A stretch of DNA of 64,000 nt from Eutreptiella sp. 'Long Island Sound 2002'. Its lineage: Eukaryota > Protista > Euglenida. Shown here one piece after another: positions 34,427 to 48,300 of the stretch. The stretch's first letter is position 1. Each line of letters opens with the position of its first letter. The position numbers were made by a program, and so were the translations under genes. The notes beneath the pieces were generated by a model, which had not been told where the DNA came from, made no database searches, and worked only from the letters and a program-made list of their open reading frames with translations. The stretch lies in assembly GCA_964036045.1 (NCBI GenBank), contig OZ038378.1:182280001-182344000 (forward strand), written 5' to 3'.

Positions 34427-37400
34427 CTGGACACGACGAAGACACCAGCCGGAGCCAAGCGGGCACGAACCGTGCGGCAGAAGCGGCGGCGGGTACACAC
34501 AAAACGAGGAGAGGCTGCGACGCACTGCGAAAGGTTGGCGGGAAAAAATGGCAAAATGGCCAATGTCACGGGCTCACTTGGGGCACAAAAGCCGTGACCT
34601 GAAGATGGAGGGTGGGAGGGGGGGCCAGGGGAACGGACGGAGGTATTGGTTGTGCCCGATATCACAATGCAAACAGCACGCGCACTGTGGCCCATGCACG
34701 TGAACACCCAATGACAATCCTTCGCATGCAGCATCGCATCTGCGCGCAGTATGCGACCCCTACTGCAAAGCGATCGAGCCTGCAGAGATTGGAAAGGCCG
34801 CGCACGTGAACGGACTAACACAAAAGCACGACCGTGATTGCAGACGCCGCGAACGCCTTACACAGCCGCACAGCGCACCGTTGCATCCGCCCCGCTCCGC
34901 CCCTCCACACACACACAAACGGTGTAAACCCCCAGTTCGCCCCAAGCCGTCGGATGCAACTTAGAGTTTACAAGTCTGCCACAATGCGCACAACATATAC
35001 AGAGTGGCGTACCCATATAATATGAACCCTGAGCATGCAGCGCCACATTTGGGGTTTCCTTACAGCCCCTGCCGCCTCTCCCCCTTCCCCCCCCTAACCC
35101 GTCTACGTACAAACATAGCCACAGGCATCTTACCCTCCTGGCACAAAACACAGGACCTCCAACGACGTAACCAATCGTAGAGCTGTGCCACGTGAGCTGT
35201 GCCATCTGCTACAGTCGGTCAGCCGCCCCCCTATACCCACACATACTGCGCAGACAGGCCGGGCTCTTCCGTGACGGGACCGTAGAGACTGGCCTCTGAT
35301 GCCCGGCAGCGGCACGAGTGATCACCCGGTAGCACGGGGGCGGCCGCCAGCCAATGTGTGACCCCGAGGGGTGTTCGACAGTTTGGGGGGCTGTAGGGGG
35401 GGGGGGGGGACCCCCACCCCCCTCCGAAGGGGGGGGGGGGGGACCCCTCCCCCCCCCCTTGGTTGACCCAAACCCAGCACCTTTTCCGGCAGGCCCCGTC
35501 CAAGCGCGCAAACACACAAAGCTAACAAGATGCACTGTGAATGGTCATTGTTTTGCTGCACTGCAGCACTTTCAGAGTAGTATTGAATGTTGCCTTGAGT
35601 TCGCCCAAAGGCCTTTCCTTCCCCTTGTCACAAACCACAGACATATATGTAGAGAAGCGAAGGGAGCCACAGACATATAGAGAGAGAGAGAGAGAGAGAG
35701 AAGCGAAGGGAGGGGAGGGGCCTCAAGCTTCGGGCTGACGTTTGCAGTTAACATGTCTGGGTCAAACAAACAAGTGGAACACCCCACATTTCACACGGGG
35801 GGCAAAATCAGAAGTGGCCCACAAAGTGGGCAAATTGGCTACCTCCGCTTCAAAGCGGGGGACTAAATCAGAAGTGGCCCACAAAGTGGGCAAGGTGGCT
35901 ACATAACCTTTTTTGTGCTTTTCAGCCATTTTTGAATTCTCCACAAAATTCTGAGTATTTTGAGGATAGACACATAGGGTGGAACAAGAAAAATTCCCCC
36001 TGCCGTATGCCTAAAACAAAATCTCCGGCGCCTCCGGCGCCGACAAAGCACCTTGTTCCGTGCGACAATTTTGGGGTCCGTAGAGGGGGGGGGGGGTCCC
36101 CCCCCCCCCCCCCTTTGGGGTCGGGTCCTGACCAGGGGCGGCCCCCGTGCCCGGTAGCCCAAGTCACATGGCGCCGTCCAGGTTCCACTACCACAGGGAC
36201 GGAGGACAACCGCGAGCGCTATGCCCAGCGTTTGCCCTGGTGGCCGGGGCTCCGGGATGCCATCAAAGCGGAGGGCCCAACGAGGTCTTGCTCGCCCTCC
36301 CACCGCCGGTCACCGGTGCAGTGCGGTGACGCCGCCTCTTGTGGGAGATGGCCGCTGCGCTCCGCCACGGCGCATGTGCCAGTGGCACTGCTTGCGTCAC
36401 GCTGGCATCGCTGCGGGATTGCGGCGGCGGCGGGCGGGTGCCAACTTCTCACCAAATCCCAAGAAGGGGGTAAAAAAGCTTTGCGGGCAGAACGGGACAC
36501 CGTTACTGGCCACGTCATCCCCAACCCCTTCCCCTCCTCGCAGGCCAGCCAAGGGCCATTTTGGCACCACTCGGGGAAATCGCGGGGAACACCCCTGACC
36601 CATAATTTCAAATGTACGTTCCCCCCCATTTTTATTAAGAAAGCCGAATGCACCCAAATTTGTTCCCGACGAAGCATTTCCGCGCGTCGTGCCGCGCGTG
36701 TTACCAAAATTAGTTCCGGCTCTCCCTCAGCAGCTACTGGGACGCATGTCAGCAGGAGGGCACAGCTAATCGCCATTTGCAGGGGTCGCCTGGGCCCTGA
36801 GGGCGTGCATGCCATTTCACGCCGGGGTGCTCCTCGAGTTGCAGACCGGGAGTGTCTGTGTGTGTGCGCACCGCACCTCTTTAGGCCTGCGTGCAGCACT
36901 GGAGGTGTGGTGTCAGATGCGCAGGTCATGACCCCTGGGCCCAGATTGGCACGCACCACTGATGCCACAGGGTAGTGGTGAGTGAACAGCAAATGCGAGC
37001 CAGCAGGCAATTGCTTGCGGTCATTTCAGCGCCTGGCCAGCCCCGGCTGGCCCACCCACCCACCCATCCGGACGTACCTGGGAGGGGGGGGGGTCCTGCT
37101 CAGGTCTGCCCAAAGGCGGGGCTGGGCTTGAGCTTGCCGCGTGCCCCCCTTGAGTTCAAAATGCTCCTGTTTGGCATTTGGCCCATGCCCCACATGAGCA
37201 CACAGGTGCTGCCATGGTGCAGAAGAATGAGGGATAAAGCAGCACAAAAAGTGTCCATAAGGCGCGGAGACAGACCAAGGACGGCGAACAGTTGGCATCG
37301 TCTGCAAAAGCTACAGCCAACACCTGAGCTTCTGTGGTGACCATTTCCAGTTTTCCACCACCCAACACCCCCAAAAAGCGGGAAATGGCCCAAAAAAATG

Positions 37401-40400
37401 GTTCGAATCAGCTATGACCTGCTGGCCAGCCAGCCTTGGGGCCAGGGTGCCTCCCTGCCTCTATCCCTCACTCCATCCCTCCCTCAACCCCAAGGTTCGA
37501 GGCAAATCTGGCACTGATTGGTCCACACACCAGCATTTGGCAAAGGGTACCCACGGAGTGTGTACTCGGAAGGCCACGGGCCCGGACGAAGGTCGACATC
37601 CACCCACATCAGAATGGCATGTGCGGTACCTGCAAACATCACACGAGACTACATCGGTCCAGGTGCCACGGAAGAGCCCATGCCGATTCGCCTTTTGCAT
37701 TCCCCCGACCAAACGCTCCCTGCCAGGCCTCCGGTGTTCCCCCGAAGACCAGCCTCAACCAGCACAAGGCACCTCGAACCGTGCTTCCCACCCACCCATC
37801 CGCTGTGGGGGCGGGGCCCCCCTGAGCGGGACCCCCACGTCCTCCATGGTGCCCCCTGCCACGGGGAGCAGGCCTCATGTGCAACCGAGCCCAAGGCTGT
37901 GGTTTGGAGGGGACTTGGGGATCCTGTGACACAGCGTCCAGGGTAGGGGTGCATTGGGAGGGGGGCAGGCACCCCCCTGTGTGACATTCCGTCGGGTTGC
38001 TGTTTCTTTACGGGGCCCTGGACAGTCACCCGTTCTTCCCTTCGCATGCTGCGTCGGGTTGCTGCGTTCTGTCGGCCGCTGCCGCCTACGTTCCTGCTGC
38101 TGTCGTTTTCGCGTTGGCGGAGTCCCGTAGTTGGCGTACCGGGGTTGTGCTGATTGCTGCGGGGGTTGTGCTGATTGCTGCGGGGGTTGTGCTGATTGCT
38201 GCGGGGGTTGTGCTGATTGCTGCGGGGGTCGTTTCTCGGCCGTTGCCGCCCACTCCCCTCCGCATTCTGGTCGTCCACCACCTGCCTCGCTGTGTTTCTG
38301 TGGGCATGTGGTCCATCGGGTTGCTGTTTCTTCACCCACCTGCCCCCTCCAGGGCGCCCAGCTTACGCCCAGCCACTGTCTCCCTGACGGCAAGTGCCAG
38401 CTTCAATGACATTTGTAACCCACAGTAACCGCCCCCAACCGCATTGGCAACATCCTCCGACTGCCTGTCTAACCCCTTCCCTTCTAATGCATCCCTGGCC
38501 CAGGGGCTCTGTATGGCCAACCGTCACACGTCAGACTTGTGCGGCAGACGTTCAGCAGTCGGCCCCCCCGGCAGTCGGTTGTGCGACACCGCAATCCGCA
38601 GCGCGTGTTCCCCGGTGCACTTCTGCGTCCGGATTGCCCAGGCGCACCCGCACGCACCGCCGCACCCACGTCGGTGGCGCACTTCCGGCGCTGCGGTCGA
38701 TTTGGCTGCTGCCCGTCCAGACCACCCCCCGCCCCCCGCCCCACCGCAACGGAGGGGCCATTCAGGTGGTGTGCCCTCTGTGCTGGGTGGCGTGATGGAC
38801 GCCCTGGGGGCCCTGTAGGGCAGGGCAGCAGCGCTTGACGCGCCCTGGGGCCCGTCCAGCAGCTGTCGGTATGACCTCCCGCCAAGCGTCCCCTTCCACA
38901 CGGATGACACCCACACGCGGACCTTGCGGTGTACAGATCGAGAGGGACCCCAACACTGGACACACGAAGCTACCCCCATGTGTGCGTGCGCGCACACACA
39001 CGTCCCGCACGCAAGACAACCTCCAGCACCATGACTAGAGAAACGGGCGCACAGGCGCGGGACACCCATGTGACCCGGCGTGCCCCCCGTGGCATGTGCA
39101 CACACACGAGGCATGGGGTCTGGGGGCTATCGCCCACAATGTGGGTGTCTTGCGGGTTGCATGGCCCAGAATGGCCAAACATGGCGTGAAAGGGGCCACA
39201 AGTAGTAAAAAACCTGGCGAGAGGGGGGATTGTCGGAGAGTGAGAGTTGCTAGTTTGTAAGGTGGTGAGGTGGAAAAAGGTTTGTATTTTTGGAGTCTAC
39301 GGGTTTGCCCCAGGTTACTAAAGAAAGAACATGGTGTAACTGAATGGTATGGGGCTGCATCTCTGCCCACAAAATGGGTGTTTGGCGGGTTGCATGGCCC
39401 AGGATGGCCAAACATGGCGATGATAGCCACTTCAATCGGAGAGGAAGATGTGACCCTTTTGACGCCAATTGGACGATTCTCCAACATATCGTCTTGTTCA
39501 GGTTGAACTCTTGCTTTTATGGTTTCCGGACATCAAAATGCACAAATTTATATCCCCCCTATTGTCGTCCCCGAAATGATATGTTGGAGATGTAGGCCTG
39601 GCCGGTTGTTGATTGTAGCCTGCTAGGGACACCATCGTTTTTCGTGAAAACCGGCCAACTTCCCTACTTCGCACAGCCCCGCCACTGTTTTGTTTGGCCA
39701 TGGGACCTTGATTTTCGAACTCCACATATCCAAAGTTGGTGGGTACCAACTTGTCAACAAAATCCATCCCTACCTCGAGAAAATCCAAAAACGGCCAACA
39801 AACCCCGACTTTGCGTCAAAAAAGCCTTAATCACCCACCCACCCCACACCCCTCAAACGCCCATATATATAGCATATTGAGAGTGTAACTCGTCTGATTC
39901 CTAAATGGAGTCTGGGGCAGATTCACTTGCACAGGAGGAGCTACTATCCCAATCATCTTGTGGAGGCATTGGATGAGGGTTTTGATCTTGTAGGATTAGA
40001 AGCCACTTGTCGTCAAATAGTAAGAAGCGGCTGTACCCTGGGCTGCATGGTTCAAATCACAACAGGCCGGCCGGCCTTGTGACGGGGCACTTTGATTCTC
40101 TCTCCGTCGTGTCAGGCAGGGGCAGGCGCCCAGACCGCGCGAGATGATAGTTTTGAAGAGGCCTTGACCCACCCCAGCCCCGCCACACGACAATCAGAGT
40201 ACACCTGCTTTGATGATGGGCACACGGCTGTCGCTCTTCCGATAAATGCCATCTGCAAGACGACACCGAGGCGTGTTCCGGGGTGAAGAGAGGGGGTGGT
40301 TGCATAGCCACTTTGCTTTCTTCGCCCTCTTTGGGGCCTCAAGCTGAAATGGGGTTGCATGACCACTTTGAATCGTTCCTCCTTTCTGGGGCCGCCGAGA

Positions 40401-43400
40401 TGGCAGTCGTTAATTCGTCAATTTGATCCCTTCGACCTCTGTGGAGTCCCCAGGGTGGTAGGGGTTACGTAGGGACTTTGATTTCTTCCCCGTCTTTGGG
40501 GTACATGCCTCTATTCCCATGCAAGCCCCATGGATACCGGCATATCCAAAGAGCCTGCCTGATCGTACAGTGTGGAGACCGCAGCATCTACGCCCCGCTG
40601 CCCCTCTTGAGCAAGTCCGTTGACCTTCGAAGGGTCGACTGTCAGAAGCGACAGCGTGCTCTCCCCCGCCCTTCAGCCTTTCGCATCGAGTTGGACGTTG
40701 GGCCACCACTGCTCTGTGTTTCGTGGGCGTCTTAAACCCACTGCCTGTGCCCCTGCTGCGGTCCCACTGTACTTCATACCGCGGTCTACCACCTTGGCAC
40801 CGACAGAGAATCGATGCATTGGCCCACAGAGAACCTTCCAATACAAATCGCTCTGACGCTCATTTGCCACAAGGAACCCGCACAGCAAAAACCCAGCAAG
40901 GCGGATGCGGACAGGCACACAAAGAGCACAGCAGTCCCATTTTCCGGTGTGGTGGGCTCTGCAGTGCCGACGACATGGGGCGTGACCTGCAGCGGCGGCC
41001 TTGATGTGGTCAATGGGCTCACTGAAATTGAAATGCAACAGTGGCACCGGATTGGTGAGCAGAGTGTGTTCGTATTCCCAGACGCAGAGCGGCAGATGGG
41101 CGTCCTCACCTGAGGGACATGCGGCACATGTGGGGGGTGCCAAGGGGAATGCTTCCTGCGGGCTGCAGGCGCAGCAGGGTAAGGGTAATTAGCTTTAGGG
41201 TAATTGGACCCGCATTAATTTTCCTCAATTTTGGGTGAAGGAAGTAGGTCAAAAAAGGAACAATGGTGAGGCACTATACTCAAAACGGACAAAAGCGTTG
41301 CGATAACCACTGCCCACGGTTCACAAAGTGTACAATTTCCCCTGTTCCAGGATAATTACTTAAGTTGCGCGCTGCAGGCGCCGCAGAATTAGCGTTCACA
41401 AGGAGGGTTGAACGACGAAGGAGCAGAACGTTGCGTACGCCCCTGACTCATCGTTGTGGCCGCGGTCGTGGCAGTGGCAGTAGCAGTTGCCTGATGGGTG
41501 GGTTTAAGCAGTCACGCGTTGGTAACCGAAGGGCCACTGCACGCCACCCCATGCGCGTGGCACACGTTCCAGTGACCGCATGTGGAGCCGCGTGCCAAGC
41601 AGAGGACGATGCACAAAGCGACGCGCAAGTGAGCCAAAGATCGAGGGCAGAGATGTCGACAGCACATGTCAATGCTTTTACCTGCGCAACCTGATGGCCC
41701 TTGCTTCGTCTTGTGTGAACAGCAGCCGCGTTTTGGCCGCGTTTGGGTACCACTGCACTTTGCAGGAATGGGACGTGGGGTCGGGGCCTCGCCCACCACC
41801 AATTTATGTGTGCCCGTAAACCGGAAGGTCGAGCGCATGTTTGCGTCATGTGCGCTCTGTTGTGCTGTTTTCACGTAGAAAAGGTACCTGATTGCCTTCC
41901 ACATAAGTTCGCTTGTGACTGAGACTGAACCACGTGGACTCACTTGTTCGGCCTTTGTTAATGACAGCTACCTCTCTTCCCTCGCAGCAGACGCGCCCCA
42001 CCCGCCATTCTCCCCCTGTCGTAGCACACCAGTGGGGTTACAAGTGGGGGATGGGTCCGAGGGGGTGTGGGGCATCCAACCACCCAGAACACCCCTTTCC
42101 AAAACAACGATGCACCCTCTGGGGGTCTATTAGGAGTGTGGGGATGCATTGACCTGGACCCGAGGACAAGGGGAACCTGTAAACCCTGCGGCAGCGTGGC
42201 AAACGTTGTACTTGTGGTGCTCCACAAGCCCAAGTGGCGGGTGCAAGCAATGGCTGGGGGTTTCAGACCCACTCACCCATGGACTCAGGGCTAAATTATA
42301 AAGGGGGAAGCGGGAGGTCTGGGATTTTTCAGCCACCCACCCGAACTGAGAGCCCCCCCAAGACCCACAAAGCAAAAAAAAAAAAATCCGGATAAACGGA
42401 GCCTCTCCGCGGTATACCCCCGTGTCATCCCCTCTTTCCTCCGCCCAACGACAGAGCGCAGCTGAACAGGGCGTTCACGCCTGTTGGAGGTGCTTGTGCA
42501 CAAATTTGCCACGAGGAGTGTATCGTTCCGTGTTGGTGTTGAATGGGCTTGTGAGCGTTGCTTGGGGCACGGCCCCTGAGGTGAGAACCGAACGCAACAA
42601 CACGCCTCACCATACCACGGCCACGCAGGAAGCCCCTCAGACATGGACGCGTTCGGACATTAGATATTCGCACAAACCTGTGGCCAGCCTTTGGGCTTCT
42701 GCAAACGGGGTGTGATCAAAGCCATGGACGCTGGATATAAACCCGTGAGCCGAGGCCAAATGCTTAAATTGCACCAACGCGGCCATGAGGCGAGCCTACG
42801 TCGCACGGCATTGATGAGGGACAAGGGACAAAAATAGCAACCAAAACACGTGCGTTCAGCAAGTGCACGTGGCAAATGAGCCCCCCGGAACAGCATTCCA
42901 CCCCTTTTCCTATGGGCCGTTCCCCTGAATGACTCACATGGTCTCCCTTGTACTGTTCCTTCCCTTTCTACTATGATCTCTTTAGGGTCTTGGTGTTGTA
43001 TTTCAGACAACAATGCCCATAAGTCATGCGGGGCTGCAATTGGACAGCCCCCTCCCTTCCCCGGGGTGGCTCCCGTGACGGGAGCCCCAGACAGGCCCAC
43101 AGGGTGTGGGGGGTGGGGGATCCGGGATACCCCAACATATATCCCTCAAAATGATCGCCACGACGCGCTGATCATTTTGAGGTACATATCATGGGGAATA
43201 TTTTTCCAAACTTTTTCGTTCGGGCCGCTTTGCAGCCCGATTTCTGAGCCAGGACTGGTTCTCAGACTGCCACTTGAGAAGGGCTCTCTCATGGCTGCCC
43301 CTTTCCCTGCCCCCCCCCCCCCCCGGGGTAAGGGGGCTCGAACTGCCACCCCTGCAAACCCGAGTAATGTTTTTTGAAACGTTTTAATGCGAGTAATTTT

Positions 43401-44638
43401 GTATTTTTGTTATGTTGTAATCGAAGTACAATTTTTTCACACCCCACTGTGCGTGACTTTAAAACATTCTACTTGCATTACAACGCGAAGAACAAATTGG
43501 TACTTGTGTTTCAGCAAAAACAATCAATTGTGTCACAATGTATTTGTACTTGACTTACTTTTCCTCCACCTAAGAGCCCCCCCCGCAAAACCTCGAGAGG
43601 TTTACTGGTTTGCAACGGACAGAGTCCTCCAGGGACATCCACGCGGCCTCGACACTCAGGCCACTCACGACTTAGCTCCAGCTGCGCCTGCCTTCACACG
43701 ACTTCATGCTTTCTCCATTCGAACAGCACACGGATGTGTAATGTACTTCTGGGTCTCTGTCCTCCCTCAAATTCCAATTCTTCAACATCAAACAAGAGAC
43801 CCTCTTGGAGAACGTGTGCAAAAGACACGAGAATGATTCGATGGGGAGCGTGGCCTACCCAGACCGAACAAAGATAATGCGGATGAGCAATCACAGCCAA
43901 TGTAATTCAATCATCATGATGATCATAATTATGAATTGTATAATTGTATGTACTGAATGAATCATAATTATGAAGTGTATCAAACCGACTCAATGTATTG
44001 TGCTAGACTGGTTTGGGTGAGGGCATTGCCTTGTATGCACCTCTACCCACGGAGGCATTGCGTGGAAACTAGGCGGGAGGTGTTGGATGCGTTGGGAAAA
44101 TTCAGGGGCAGTGAAAGGCGGAGTATTCATAGCAGTGCAGGGCCAAGGACTTTGGGTGTGCGTGGAGGGGGTGGGGAAGAACCTGATTTGGCACGACCAC
44201 AGCCTCCGAATGAAGCTTGGGCTGCATCGCCGTCCTCAAGTACCAAAAGTTCAAGTAATTCCAAACGGGCCGATTGCACATGGACTGGGAAGAGAACAAG
44301 GGGCTGTGACACGGGCCCATTATCAGTGCCGCCACCGGAACTCAGGGGCAGTGGAACAGCAGAGCGGGTGGAAGAGCAGGAGGGGACTGTGACACAGGAG
44401 GGAGGGAGGCCACCGGGACCCGCTGGTGCGTGCAGGGCGCTGCACTCTGGGGGGCAATATGTGGGTATGAGGGAACAGAAAAGGGAAATGGAAGCTGATA
44501 TGGCGCACGAGGAGGACACGTGGGACGTAGATTCTCCGCAGAAACTGTCCCGATTCGTTAACCGCTTGGCACCACAGGCCAACCGGGCAGGGGTCGGCAG
44601 GCGTCAGGCAGCTTGATACATGCACGTGCACGCGCGCG

Positions 44639-44718
<80 letters not shown>

Positions 44719-45273
44719 GAGAACCGCGAACAAAACAAAGCAAAACAAAGCAAGAAAGCGGTATGGAGAAAGCTTCTCAGGAACTGCAGAGCAGGCCTAG
44801 ACGTTTTCGGTCTGTTGAAGAGCCTGCAGTTCGCAGGGCAACGAATTTGCAGGCAGTGGGGAATCCACCCTTCCCCAGACCTCAATAAATCCTTCGAGGA
44901 TTTCGAGGTCCCCAATTGCCGCAGCCATTAAACACAATCAGTGCTGGGAGCCACCACCCAACCGCACACCCACAAGGGGGTAGGAATGCACAGGAACCAG
45001 GGGGCGGTCAGTGCATGAAGCAAATGAATGTCCTCGCACAATGCCGATATATATCCCTCCGGCTGGAAGACAGGGGAGATGTCAGTATCAGTACATCGGT
45101 CCCCCTCCCAGACTGCATGGCGGCAGAGCCAGCGGAACTACCTGGAGCATGCCCGATGCCGCCCGCAAGGCTAGTAGTGAGCCACCGCATATACCGCGCG
45201 CATAATGTTCTCCACGCGCCATGGAGGCGCACAGCTTTATGGAGCGCTCGCAGCACCGTCATGCGTGCATAAT

Positions 45274-45311
<38 letters not shown>

Positions 45312-48300
45312 TGTTACGACCAAAACGGAAGGGTAAAAGACATGGAGTCGATGCCTTGGAGTACAGGAGACGCAGTCAGCAGCTGCGAGAACCCAAACAG
45401 AACAGGGCGAAGCTCAGCCCTGACACATACACTTACATGCACTCAGCTGGCGGCAAGAAACACCGACAAAACAACCTGCACTGAATCAGGGCGGGGGGTT
45501 CTCAGTCGGCGTACATAACCGCCCCCCCTCCTTCCCCTTGGGGGGGGTAGACGGCGTGTCATGCAAGGAGAAGATACTGCCCGGCAAAACACCCTCAGAC
45601 AAGAATGGGGGGCGGAACGCAATGGGACACACGGCGACGACCTGATAGAAGCAATCGCCAACAACGGCGCGGACCTGACCCCACTCCTCTTTCCAAGGCT
45701 CGGACTGTGCGCCGGCCCAGACATCAAAATTGGTCAGCCCGTTGAGGCGGGCGGTCTCCAGCGGCAGCCGACGATTTCTCGGATTGAGCCCAACGACCCG
45801 CACTACAGACACAATGCGCCGCAGGCACACGACGGCTCCGCAGGGGCAAGCACTTCGCTCCCCCCCAAAAGGGGCGCCTCAAGGCGGACGGCAACAGCGC
45901 CCTGGGGCGCCCGCGTCGTCCACGCACACAGGCCTCAGGGCACGGGGGCCACACCATCGGGCAATGCCTTCGCCACGAGCAGCCCAGCGAAGGACCCGTC
46001 ACAAATGTCCAAAACGGTGCCTTCCGTCAGCGTCCCCGTTGCCGCCTGCGGAGCAACAGCGCAGCGCCGGCGCCATGCCAAGGCCCGAGGAGGCCCGCGG
46101 GAACACGCACGTCCCGCGCCCTTTGACAGAGGAGTGCGAGCGAGAGCGAAACCCGGGGCTGCACACCTCCAAGGCCTGACGCAGGAGCTGTCCTCTTGAG
46201 GCATCGTTGAGGGCAAGAATGCGGTGTGTTGGCAGCAACTGCCATCCACAAGCACACGATGATGGGGCCGGAGGGGGCGGTGGACTCGTTCCCTGTGCCA
46301 CGGGAAGGTGGGGTACAGGCGATGGAGGGGGTCTGGGGCTCGACTACGGGGCGGAGTGCCGGGAGTTGAGACAGGGGGCGCGGTCTTAGCCCCCCCCCCC
46401 CCCCTGTCCAAGCAACGGTGAATGCCCAGGGCCCGGTGTTGCTTGGACAAGGGTGTTGCCTACGCGTTACGCTGTGCATGGAACATGCGCAAAGACATTG
46501 TGTACTATTCTGAAAACCAAGAGGCAAAACATGCCACGCTAGGCCATCATGCCCAAATCAGCTTCCTTGACACCAAATATGAACATCGTGCACCTCAAAA
46601 CCAAGGCATCAGACAGCACACACAGCACAGAGTGGGACCAATTGAACAATGCACCGCCAAAATCCACGCTGCGAAAATTGACAGAGCCAACGCCTAGTGC
46701 TGCTTGGACATGGGCGTTGTTGCTTGGACGGGGGGGGGGGGTAAATGCTGCCCCACAAGTGCTCTGGGAAATGTGCGGGCCGACAGAGGGTCTCCCAACA
46801 GGTCCATGGGGCCCATGAATTGTTACGCTCAGATTTCGCAATTGATGTGCATTGCACGCCTCTGTCATGTTTCCCTTCGGTGCGTGAAACAGCCGTTGTG
46901 TACGTCCGCGCGGCAGCTGACAGTCCCGCGACGGCAATCGAAGGTTCAATGAGTGGAGGGTGCCGACGCTCAGTCAGTCGCCGTGGGCTGTGGGGCGGTT
47001 AGCAGCTGCTGCCCAACCGCGGCTTTCTTGCAGTGCAGGCATGAGATGTCTCGGAAGTATGGAATCATTCTGCTTCCGTCTGCAACATCTGCCTTCATCA
47101 GCCGCGTCCGGCCGGTCCGTGGCCCAACCTGAGCTCGCCCAATGGGATGAGGCTGCCTCTTTGTACAATGGTACCATCGAAGTGAACACCACGGACTGAC
47201 GGCCGCGGCCTTGTATTTACAAGAAAAATGTGTCCCGGAGGTTTTTGTTGCGGTGCTTGATAATGAACACGGAGACGATACACAGAGGCACACCGAAAGA
47301 CGCAGCCAGATGTCGAAATCATTGTGGGCAGCAGACAACTTCACTTCCTGTCCGTTTGTCACCTGAACAACAAACATACATGACCTTTGTACGGGACCCC
47401 CGGGGCTGGGGGGTCTGTAATAACCCCCCCCCTCCTCCAGAATGTTTCCCCTGCGATACTAATTTTCGCCAAATGCATGGGGCAAGGGAGGGATTGGGGC
47501 TGAGAGCGTAAACCCCAGTCCGGGGGGCGCTGCATGTTGCAGATGTCGTGGTGAGGTTGTCAGCCTCCGCTCGCAGACTACAAGTTTGATCAAGATGAAC
47601 ATTTTGAGGATGCATGTGTTACACTTGCTGCAGCGTCTTCTCCAGCTGCTGCACGCCACTGCTGCTGTTTCCAACGCGAAGAAGCATGCCAAACCTACTT
47701 CTTTCTTCAAGTGACTGGGGCAGGCCTGTGGCACTGTGGCTGCCAGTTGTTCATGCTCGGCGTGCTCTCGGGTGGCTCAAAGGGGGATGGGTTTTGGCAA
47801 AGCCCTCATTAAGGCAAGCGGATACATTTGCGGGGGGCGGAAATTCTGGGGATCGGGGTTTTGGGTTGGTGATACTGCATAACGCCGTTACCCGAGAGGA
47901 GTCCCCGATCAGCAACGAAAAGGCGCAAAGAAGGGCAAAGTCCACGTGACAGAACTCCCGTTCTGCGGCGCTTGCGGGGCCAGCAGTGTTCTCCAAAATC
48001 TCAGATTGCAGAGAGGCGGGTACGGGAATTTTTGGGGGTCTGGAGGGGGGGGGGGTCTGGATGGATGGATGACCGGCCGCCCCCCTTGTCCCGGGTGGTG
48101 AAGTGCGTATGGAGGAGCGCACATGTCTGAGCCTACGTCAACGGATCAGGGACGCACCTGTGAGACGTTCGCGAATGGCCAAATTGCCTGGTGCCAGTGG
48201 TCTTGCCAATGCCTGAGGAGGATACGGAGCCCTGTGAGTCAGTACACCTCCACCGAAACATCCGTGTCACAGTCACGGACATGCGCTGTTTGACACTACA

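Noticed and set aside
35134-35205. Candidate PRMT7 exon (DGTAHVAQLYDW...)
   Set aside because: The exon at 37629-37555 (GTAHAILMWVD) fits the motif far better; the resemblance arises from a local GGCACAGCTC duplication.
35380-35460. Poly-G/poly-C tracts as G-quadruplex signals (many sites in the window)
   Set aside because: Ubiquitous background in this genome's repeats; homopolymer lengths may also be sequencing artefacts.
44558-44931. ORFs with CVCV/HTHT runs (also 55186-55800 and 59950-60741)
   Set aside because: Microsatellite translations.
45195-45234. Candidate PRMT7 exon (CAPPWRVENIMRA)
   Set aside because: Phase mismatch with the preferred upstream donor; 44284-44183 supplies the homologous segment.
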